Positions 13,624 to 25,307 of a stretch of DNA of 64,000 nucleotides are shown one piece after another (position 1 is the first letter of the stretch; each line of letters opens with the position of its first letter). Under the pieces are notes generated by a model. The model searched no databases. It saw only the letters and a program-made list of their open reading frames with translations, and was not told the origin of the DNA. The position numbers were made by a program, and so were the translations under genes. Source of the stretch: Chrysomallon squamiferum (lineage: Eukaryota; Animalia; Mollusca); NCBI GenBank assembly GCA_012295275.1, contig CM022670.1:11346001-11410000 (forward strand), written 5' to 3'.

Positions 13624-13671
13624 GCTGCCATCTCGTGGCAAGCTGTGTTAGTTTTTTTTGCCGCCATTTTG
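13624..13671 (+). promoter_or_regulatory. PTB main promoter: CTCF-like motif (13624-13640), Inr-like TTAGTT (13648-13653), YY1 motif GCCGCCATTTTG (13660-13671)
   Basis: Consensus matches 70-115 bp upstream of the ATG in a locally CpG-enriched region. Confidence 0.6.
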
Positions 13672-13737
13672 AAGAATTTAGCCAGTGTTTATTAGAAAGA
13701 AGTGTCGCTTCGATACGTCGTTCAATCATATAACACC

Positions 13738-13745
13738 ATGAACGG
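13738..13745 (+). CDS. PTBP1: PTB exon 1 coding part (ATG AAC GG|)
   Basis: accATG Kozak context, GG|gtaagt donor; same 8-nt, phase-2 layout as vertebrate PTBP1 exon 1 (MDG). Confidence 0.9.
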
Positions 13746-16700
13746 GTAAGTTATGATAATGCTGATCCATTTGCGTCCACTAACAAAATAAGTAATAAAA
13801 TTAGGACTCTTTGTTTTATTTAAAAAATGTTTTTGGCAGAATTATGAATTAGTTGTCTTTGTGTCCGTGTCGCGATTTGTCACCAATGAATGAACCGCAT
13901 GTTCTTCCGCGTTGTCTCATTTACAGTTTTCGTATAATTTTATACCGATAGGTGGGCCTGTTAACGTGGGCAAATCATTTGATGAACTGCTTTTTTTTAT
14001 AATTGACTATTTACATAATTTGTCAGTTGTATTAGGCAGCTACAGCCTAGTTGAAAAAATCGAAACAAAAGATTTCACAAACTTTCGTTTCAGATCATCA
14101 TCTTGCTTTATAAACGAAATACTTTAGCATTTTCACAATTTTTAATAATCTGTAATTCTAAAATAAATAGATGTCATTTATAAGTTATCCAGTGAAACAA
14201 GATAGGTTTCTAGCATTCATTGCCGACTTTCCCGGTAATACGTCTGCAGTTTGAATCGTACTACACCACTTGTCTTCTAGCATTACTGTTTATCTCCCTT
14301 GAGTAAAAAAAACAACACAAACAAAACAAATGTATGTGTACACACACACACACACATATATATTTATACACATATATACACACACATATGAGCTGTGCCA
14401 TTAAAACAGTTTATAACACTTAATAAGTAAAATGTGATTGAATGTTCAAACTGTTATTATGTTATGTCAGTTTTGAATACATTTATTAAAAGTAAATAAT
14501 ATGTGATTTTTATAATATTAATTTATTTTATTCCTCATAAAGTTAACAGCTGTTATAACTGTTTAGACACAAAAGATAGTGTAACATATTTGTTTGCAGA
14601 ATATAAAAATATATAATAAATAAAACATGATCACAGCTCAAAAAGTATAAATACATTTAATATATATATAAGTTTTAAATATTTTATTGTTTTGTCTTTG
14701 TTTTTCAGTTTTTGTATGTGGGATAAACATGATTTACATTTTTGTTTTCTTATTTTTAAGGATTTTACAACATAACAGTGACTTGTTACATTTTAAATTA
14801 TGCTTTCAAAATTGATTTTTATAATAATTAATTCTCAGATAACAGATCCGAAAATATTTTCTGTAACTAACATGCATATTGATAAATATAAAAAAAAAAA
14901 TAAAGCTAACATGAAAGTTATGTATTTTTTTTTATTTTTACATTATTCATTTTTACATCTGTAAAACAAAAAAAAATTCTCTGCTTATTAATCAGGATAC
15001 CTAACACTTCAGAATCTGTCAAATGGTTATATTATATTGGACCTGACGCCCAGGGTTTCAAATTCAAGCAGTTAATGTTTTTACCATTCCTGCTAGCAAG
15101 ATCAAATTATTTAAGGGTTAAATATATCCAGTTTATCCAATGATTATATTTTCAAAACATTTCTGCCATTTTAGATAAATTATCATAAATTATTCATAGA
15201 GTGTGTTATGCAGATTGTTAGAAGTCTGTCAGGTCATATTACCCAAAACACATACCTCTTGCCAGTCATGTTACTACTAAATATTTATACATAACCATCA
15301 AAATGCAAATATTCATTTGATTTATAGAAAAATAATAGAAAAAATTACAAATATTATTATTATTATTATTTTTTTTCAGGTGAGTTTATTGATTTCATTT
15401 TTTAAAGGCTAGACCCTATACATTACTATGCTATCCTGTTACATACATCTGGATAGAGCAGACATTTTATTTTTTAATTATGAACCAATGGAAAGTACAT
15501 TATTATAACATTCTTGAGCCATTTCTTTAGGATTATCATTTGATTATTAGACAATATATAAAATGTATTTAATCTGTTAAAATAATTAACTAAGTCACAC
15601 TTGTTTATAGAGGCAGAAATTAAGAATACAATTCCTTTAAAATATGGATTTTGCCATTGCTGCCCTTTTCCATGCATGGTGTATATGGGTCATTCCGTGT
15701 CAAATCACCCAAAAAAAAAAGAAATTTAAACCCGACCGTCTCAGATTTTTATAAAACTTGGTATACTTGTTGACTGGGATCCCACAGCACCAAATCTGAA
15801 ATGTTAGCCCAATCAGACCAGTGGTGTGGGAGATATGGCCCACCGAATTTTGAGATTTTTGCCAAAAATGGGTGTGACCACCAACCTTAGAACCCTTGTA
15901 TCTCAGGAACTACTGGGCCAATCTTCATAAAATTGGTATTGTTAGAAAGGCAAAATGACAAGGATACCAAATCTGCCATTTTTGTTTAGTTTGGAAAATA
16001 TTGGAGTACCTTGACCTTTTGACCTTTGCTATGTCCTTGAAATTGACCGTGTGGATCACGTGATCTTGAGATGACCTTTATTGAAATTTAATCTCCCACA
16101 TGTTAACTAAAACATATAAAAGTTTCCTGGGTGTAATATTTTTTGTTTAGCCACAATATAGATTTTAAAAATGCACATACATGAAAATAACACCTTTTCA
16201 GCCATTAACATCTGATTAACTAAAACCTGAATGATCAATTCTGGATGCTAGGGATCACCATCTTTCTTGATCATTGAGTAAGACATTGTAGGCTTACATG
16301 TATGCATAAAGTTCACATAAATTTGAGAGAACTAGGTGTTTCTGATGCTTAACCTTCTCACTATGTTTGTTTCAAATGCTCACTGTATCCTTCATTCCCA
16401 GACACATTCTACTGTTCTCATCACTTTCATAAAATTGGATTATTTCCTCCTTCAATTCATTGTCCTTTCAATGGTAAAGGGTGACAAAATCAAGATTTGC
16501 ACACGCTCTGGGTAGGATTCAGACATTAAGATGTCATTTTAATGTTACTGTAGCTGATGCTAGTTTTTTTCTGTCCTTTCATTCATTTACTGGAATGTGC
16601 TAGTGAATGGAGTTTGACAGGAGTTTCGCCTAAACTCGACAGAATAGAATTCAAATCAAAGTCCTTTTCTGGGGGAACAACAACCAGCAGTTTGTCTGGC

Positions 16701-19700
16701 AAGTTATCACCAAATTCTCCAATTGTAATACCACCCATACTAAAGCCATCCTCTGCAGGACCTTTGATTTCTGAAGGGTAATCAGACAGTCACAGCACAA
16801 CTTGTCTCCTGGCACTAGTGTCTTTGGAGGATTTACTAAGCATTTGTAAGTGCCCATGCTAACAATTCTTAAAGATCTAGTGCGTGCTTGCTCAGGGTGG
16901 CGATTAAGGGGATCACAACAGTTTTTCTGCAATGTTGAAAATTTGATGAAAAGTTCTTGTTCATGATACTCTTGATGTCCCGTGTTTTGATCCCATTTCA
17001 AAGGGTGAGGAGTTCGACTTCCTGAGTTTTCCATACACTTCGCAACAACTCCTTTTTGATATGATGGTGTTGATAACACACATTTTCAGGAGAGTTAAAG
17101 CTGCAGTTAGCCCTGGAAGAAATAAGGATTTTCAGTATTGGCCTGCACCTTCAATTCAATAGAACAAAGTCAGTGCTTTCCTAAATATTAAATCAAATCC
17201 TGAAACCCTTTCAGTAAAGTAAAGCAGGTCATAAAATGGCAGCAGAGTACATGTGTTATTGCCAAAGGCCCACAAGTCTTGGGCATTTATGTCAATCTTC
17301 TCAAGTATAAATCACAGTTTATTAAGGTGAAGTAGACCGTGTTCATACTCTGTGTATGAAGACTGGGTGTACAAATACATTATGCAGTACATCACTTGAT
17401 GACGTCTGATTTCAGACTGGGTTGTACTGTTGTTGACTGAAACCTTGTTCAAAACCAATAGCAAGGCCCACATGACATGATAAAATTACTTAATAGGTTT
17501 TATGAAATAAAAATATTGTTTATATATCAACATCTGACATAGTGTCCAACTTAAAAAGCTTCAGATTGTCAAAGAAATGCAGATGAAGAAACTTTTTTGT
17601 CTTAAACTTCTAATTGCCATGTGCTCAATGGGGATTGCACCAGAGAATCTAAAGGAGTTCCTGACCTGCCTGAAGCATCACTTCCTGTTATCCCTTTGGG
17701 CCTGATTGTGTAGAACATGTCATGCCATTTGGCATCTTTTCATATCCTTCAGGCATTCCTTCAGACATGTCAGGTGGGTTTTAACTCCAAAGATGAGTTT
17801 TTAGTCTCAGATACATTGTATCAATCATCCATGCAGGTATGCATTTTTTTAAATCTCTATTATGGCTAAACAAAAACTATTATACCCAGGAAACTTTTAT
17901 ATGTGAACTTTATGCATACATGTAGGCCTACAATGTCTTACTCAATGATCAAGAGAGATGGTGATTCCTAGCATCCAGAATTGATCATTCAGGTTTTAGT
18001 TAATCAGATGTTAATGGCTGAAAAGGTGTTATTTTCATGTATGTGCATTTTTTAAATCTTATATTGTGGCTAAACAAAAAATATTACACCCAGGAAACTT
18101 TTATATGTTTTAGTTAACATGTGGGAGATTAAATTTCAATAAAGGTCATCTCAAGATCACGTGATCCACACGGTCAATTTCAAGGTCATAGCAAAGGTCA
18201 AAAGGTCAAGGTACTCCAATATTTTCCAAACTAAACAAAAATGGCAGATTTGGTATCCTTGTCATTTTGCCTTTCTAACAATACCAATTTTATGAAGATT
18301 GGCCCAGTAGTTCCTGAGATACAAGGGTTCTAAGGTTGGTGGTCACACCCATTTTTGGCAAAAATCTCAAAATTCGGTGGTCCGTATCTCCCACACCACT
18401 GGTCTGATTGAGCTAACATTTCAGATTTGGTGCTGTGGGATCCCAGTCAACAAGTATACCAAGTTTCATAAAAATCTGAGACGGTCGGGTTTAAACCATT
18501 GGGTGATTTGACACGGAATGACCCATATATATATGTGTGTGTGTATATATACATTTTTTTTTTTTTAACTGAAAGGAAGCTATATTTAATGTTCTGCAGT
18601 TGTTATGAAATAATTTATTTATAAATATTGTGTTGATAGAGTGGTGCTATCTAAACTGGTAAATGTATACCTGATGATGTATTTCATTTTTTTCTTCCTT
18701 TTTTTTTTGTGCTTTAGAAAGATGTAAGAAAACCAATATTGTTTCTAAGAATTTACATTCTGAGTCTGTTTTTTATTAATATGTGCTTTACCTTTTTAAT
18801 TTTGTCTAAATTTTAGTTTTAAATTCTATTTCTTGAAATCCTACAATTTACTACACCAGCAGACTGATATCTCCACCAAAAATGGAAGTGGAGAAAAAGC
18901 AATATATTTGACATGAAATGACATTTAACTCAGTGATTAGTACATAAAAAAACCACAAAATAGATTTTATAATATTTGTATTTGGTATCACAGATTAGAT
19001 GCATTCATTCCATGGTCTAAGGTTTCGGTTGTCGCTACTAATAATGCAAAGAACAAAGTAAATAAAACAAATAGAAATAATAGTATCATTTTCACCATGC
19101 CTAAAAAGTTTTCAAAAAACACACACACTCACGTACATACACGCACAAAATATGATTGACTGTTTTGCTTCATTATTCAAGAAATAATATAATTTAAGAA
19201 ATGAACACACTTTACATTATTTCAAGAACTTGTTAGTCCTGCTTACTCTGCTCTTTGTTTTGCTCAAATGTTACTTGAGAAAGAAAAGGTCCTATTTTTT
19301 CAGTAGAAAAATCTTGAAATGTACAATTTAAGTAATTTATAATAAGCTGACTCTGTTGATGGCATGGTTTACTACATTTAGCATGAACCATGCACATATC
19401 TGTAAATGTACACACATACACACGAAACCAAGGAACAATCAGTTAATGATAAATTATGATACCATATAATTTTGAATCGGAAAATGACAAAGAATATCTG
19501 TGTGTTTGCTCTTCTGTTACGTTGCATTAGACTACTAAAAAAAAAATTTCATCTGATTAAAGGATAATTTTACTCCTTTTTGATTATTATAATCTATATT
19601 TTATTTTGAAGAACAGTATCAAAAGAGAAATGTTACTCTATTTTGGTAATAATGTTTAAAGCAAGTCTCTTTCATAGTGTCTATAATCATATTTTTACTC

Positions 19701-22700
19701 ACATTTTTATTTATTTATTTATTTATTATTTTTGTGATAGGCAACATGTCTATATTCTAGGTACATTTTTATTTAAATGTACCTATCATCCTCAGTTTTT
19801 GTCATGTGTACTTGACAGGTTTCAGTTATTCAAACACATTTTCTCAATTTCTTCTCATGACAGTTTTTATACAACCAAATATATAAATGCAAATAAAAAA
19901 AATAACCCAAAACATATTTGTTTAGTAAAATTTAGAACATAGTTTACAGACCACAGATAGGCAACTACTGTAAAGAATATTTTCTTTGATGTTTAAAAAA
20001 TATATATATAATATTTATAATGGGGATTGGTCTTGTTTCCGACCTTGGGTGAAGGTGTGTGTGATTGTGTGCATGTGTGCTTTTCCACATACTTACAAAG
20101 AATAATTTTTATGTTAATGGTTATTATTTAAGCTCATCATTTTTAATTGTTATATCTGATAACCATAACTGATTTGGATCCTTATAAGTTTCAAAAACTG
20201 ACTTAAAGATATTTATCACCATTATTTATTATACAGTTTTACAAAATCAGATCTTGGATATACTAACTTCATAGAGTATAAAAGGATTAGTCTTTTCAAA
20301 TGCTTTTTGTCTATCTACTCTTTACAGAACTTCTTTCTTCTCTCTTTTCAGGGACTGTCTTTCATCTGGCACTAAGGTATGTACCTCATCTTTCAACTCT
20401 TCTTTTATCTTTCAGTTACAGGTGCATGAAGTAAGAATTTTTTCAAAAACTTAAAACTAACTTTACGATCACAGTACCATCTTGACAGATATTGTCAAAC
20501 AAATTAGTTGATTTGATTGTTAATTTCAGAGAAAAATATGTTATCTGGGAAAATGTTGGCTAGAACATCAAAAACATACATATATACATATAAATATATA
20601 TAACAAAACTGCTTGAATTTTTTCTCTAGCTTGATTACCATTGGAGTTAAGTTACACTAAAGAACAAATTTATCCACAAACAAATATGGGAGAAAGCCAC
20701 ATGCATAAAATATCAGGCTTTATTCACATGTGATCCTTATTCTTTGTAGCTACAGCATTTATATTTCATAACATTAATATCAAAGCAACTGACATCAGAT
20801 AAAGATATGTAAAATTGATTTATAAAATTGTAGAGACGAAAGAACAATACACATATTTATATTTTAAGGAAATCGAGTATGAAATTTTCACAATCATGCA
20901 ATATGATTATTTCTTCTGATCTAGTTTCAGTCTGTTAGAATTATAACTAGTTAGTTCAGTAGTGTTCCACAGACAATTCCACTTAGAATACTAGCTTTCT
21001 CAAGTGACCAAAAGGCACAAAAAGCATTAGGTCAGCTTTCCTATTCATAGTAAATTATTCTTCATCAGTATGTTCATTAAAACATGAAGTAAAAAGCTAT
21101 TTTTCAGTCAGAGCTACAGCGCTTGCACCTAATCTCATTTATGCAAGTGGCCATTTCAGAATCAATTGTGGAAGTCTCCATCTTGGATTTATAAATGTAG
21201 TGTCCTATCATAAATTAGGACATAAAATTGAATTTTAAATATTTATGCAAATCATATATTGTTGACTGATATATCTGTCAGATAGGAATTGACATTATTA
21301 AGATGGTTATCTAAATTAATATAAAATAATTTGTAGAAATTAAACAGTTCTTTTTCCAGGGTGCATATAAACATTTCTGTGCATTGTCTGTAATCCTGAT
21401 GTTGTAAACTTTCAGAATATAAGCCAAATGATTCAAAAGTTATGAAACATTTTACATATATCTGCAGCTTAACTTTAACAGGTACAGCTGCTGTTAATAA
21501 AGCATGTTTTATCAACATCAATATTTACTTTTTGCCAAAAACTTCATTGTGACAAGATAGTTAAGAACATTAAATATTACAATGGAATGAAAACAAAAAT
21601 TAATTTTGGACCAGTTTTTCTCATTTTCACATCACACACTATATGGCAGATCCTGTCAGATCATATAACTTATTTCTTGTAATTTTGAGCCTAAAATCCC
21701 CCTACAGACATGGATACTATTCTAGGTGTTTATCAGACTTTATAAAAGCTATTCTGTTACTAAATTTTTTTTATTATTTTTATTTTATATTTTATATTTG
21801 TTTTTAAAATTATTAATATTATTAATACAATTATTATTTATTTATTTATCTTTTAAATTTCGTTGAAATGTTGACATTTAAAAAGAAAGAAAAAAAAACC
21901 ACCAATCTGTTTCCCTGTTATTATTATTATTATTTTTAATATTTAGGAATTATCTCCCTTCAATAGCAGATCCTTTAAAAAAGAAAAAAAAACAGTTTTG
22001 CTGTTAGGTCCTATGACTTATTACCATTGCAGTTGTCAACAACAGATAAGATTATTTACCATCTGTCGTGAGAGCTCTTGACCTGTTTTTGCTGGAAGTT
22101 TCCACTTATAGCCATATCTTGTAAAAGTTTACACAGACACCATTAAATATTATAATACAGAAAGTTACTAAGAAAACCTAAAAGAAGTGGGTGGGGGGGA
22201 ATCTGCACCATATCTTATCTTTCACTGAATTTCATTAGCTTACATAATTTTATTTTATTCAGCTATTCAGTTTAAAAAAAAAACATTTCTATTCATTGTA
22301 TTATTTATACATTATAATTTATTATTTCAATTTCTTTTTTTCTTTTTTATACATTATAATTTATCATTTCAGTTTCTTTTTTTTTTTTTTTTTTTAAGTT
22401 AAATTTTATATATTATGCATTTATTTACATTTTTTTTTTTTTTTTTTTTTGGTGCCTGTGAGGGGAAATGGCATTTAATGGTTCAGAACAAAAGATGTGG
22501 AGTATTTGTAATAAACTTAACTGTTTTCAATTACTGTTTTGCTATAGTTATGAAAACTGAATAAGAATATGAGTTTGTAAACACAGTCACATGCTTGTCA
22601 GAAATCTGAATTAAAATGTTTAATGACCTCAAGAAAATAGATGTTTTGTAATACAGGCATTTTTCAGTAGCATAAGATGGCTCAAATTCTGCATTGTGTT

Positions 22701-23431
22701 TAGAAAAATTGATCAGTTTTTTTAGAGATGCACTCTACAACTTAAAATTCATCTGTTACATTTTTTTTATTACTTGTAACATATTGATTTAAGATTAGCA
22801 GTTAGTAATTTTTTGAGGGACTTTGCAGGTTTTAGTCATCACTTACTGAAATGGAAGAAATAAAATAATTTAATATTTATTCTCTTCAGTCAGTTATGGA
22901 TTTTATTATATTATTATTTCTTCTCTTTGATTATTTAAAAGAAAAAAAAAAATATGTCCAACTGTTGTTTAGAATCATTATTTATGTTGAATACGGAAAA
23001 CAGGAAGTTAATTTTTTAACAATTGGTCATTTGAATCTCATTCAACCACTAATACTAGTTAATAAGTTTAAAAGCAAACTTGTATTTATCTCACTTCAAA
23101 ATAATAACCTTTAGTGTTTCTAAAAATTTTTTATTATATTCCTAACAAACATCAGCAGCTTCATGTTCAAATACTCAAAACAACTTTTGTAGATGATGAA
23201 ATGGATGGAGTAAAACTAGTGGGAGACATCTCATGGTCAAAATGCTTTGATGTTGCCAGTTTTGGCCTTACTTTAGGTGCCATTTATTACAAAGTAAATA
23301 ACAGAGTAAATATCTTTATTATAACAGAACAATTGTGATCAAATTTTTCTCTTCTTTAGGTATTAAGAAACAAATCCTCAGTTAGCAAAATATTCAAACT
23401 AACCAGTATAAAGTTTAATTTTAATTTTTTT

Positions 23432-23479
<48 letters not shown>

Positions 23480-25274
23480 TAAATTGTACAGTTATTTGTA
23501 TTACCATTGACAACCGACACATATTTATATAGTTTATTTATTTCATGTTATATTTACTTATTATCATAGTCAGAATAGGAGTATGTTTAATAATATAGTT
23601 AGCATTATTGAATAATTGTTTTGTTACACTGATTTAGCAAAAAATAATTTAAAAATTAAATATTAAAAAAAGATTTATAAATTTTTCATTTATGCACAAA
23701 AATTTATGCAATCCACAGTTTAGAGTTGTAAACATATTTAAACACACTTGAGAGCAAACAGCGTTATCCACTCAAAACTAGATTCAATTATCCAGCAAAA
23801 CTGTATTTTAATAAAATTGTTTTGCACAGAAAACTTGAATATAAACATTACTTTTATTAATTTTTATTTTTATTTATTTATTTACTTCACAAAAAGTAGT
23901 TCAGTATTTTGTTTCTCTATTAGATTTTTTGCTGCTTTTTTTTTTATCACAATGTAACAGATGTTGGAATTTATTGCTGTTTCAGACAAGTAACACTGCA
24001 TGATGTACTTTGCAACAGCTTGTTTCACTGTATCTGTTATAAGCCCTGTGGCAATTGGTGACATATCTATAAATCAGTCTCAGATTTATCCAGCTTCCAG
24101 TTTAATATTGAAACACGGAGAAAATTAATAATTAATTTCAGATATTAGTTTTGTGTTTCCATAGCAACAGCAGACAGGTGTGTTATTTGAGTAATTAACA
24201 TTGGGAAATAAAATGGATATGGTTGCTCATTGTCTGAATTCACAATTCTGTGACATAACTTATTAGATAAGTTATTATTTTATTAGAAACAATTTTTTAT
24301 TTCAAGGTATCCCTTTGTATCTTTTTTTCAATTAACCTGTATATACTTTGATGATTAATCTTTCTGATGCCAGTGGAAAAAAGTAAATAAATTCTTCACA
24401 TATTGATCTTTTACCATGGAAACATGGCCTTGTTTCTCATAAAATATGTTGATTTTTGTCAATCAGTATTTTCACTGAAATGTTACTGTATAAATGTAAC
24501 AGTATTATAACTGGTGGTGTTTTCAATAAAATATTTAATAATACAGAAAAACTATTAATGTATATTAATAAATAAATCAATAAATAAATTTTACTAATAA
24601 CTTTATATTTGAATAAAAGAATTCTGTGCAAAATATGTGTTTATTAAAAATTGTCATTTATTAAAGTAATTTCAGACATTCATCAAATTCATTATCTTTT
24701 AGTTATGACATATAAATGAACAAAATAAATAAGTAACATTTATAATTGAAATTTTATATATTTAACCAAGAAAATATAACTTATTGGATGTACGAGTCTT
24801 TATTTTGTTGGTAAAATGAGACCTATCCAATGCATATTTACTAGGCTCTTTAAGGAAGACAAAAATCAGTAGGCATCAATTATTTATTTATCTGGTATCT
24901 TGAAAGCAAAGATGACAAGAAATTAATTAATTTAGGCAGCTAGGAGACTTATTTACAAAAATACAAAATCCATCCCATTTGTTTCACATCAGTATTGGCA
25001 ATGTATCTTTAATGCTTGCTATTGTCCATTTACCTTAGTAAGAACTCCTAAGTATGAATTAAATTAAATTATTGTTCCTTAATATTAAAGATGAAAAAAA
25101 GATACATGAATGCCATGAACTGTAATTTACAGAATCACACACCATTTTAATTATAGATTTAAAAAAAATATATTTCATAAAATAAAAGTATGTAGATTTT
25201 TAGAAATTTATTTTAAACTTAAAAAAAAAAAAAACACTTAAAAAAAAAAAAAACCCCAGTATATTTAAATAGAT

Positions 25275-25307
<33 letters not shown>

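Noticed and set aside
16557-16781. + strand ORF inside the transposon
   Set aside because: Antisense to the transposase relic, with no recognisable motif
22307-22395. Short tandem duplications (also ~51925-51985 and ~52829-52862)
   Set aside because: Ordinary slippage duplications in low-complexity intron sequence
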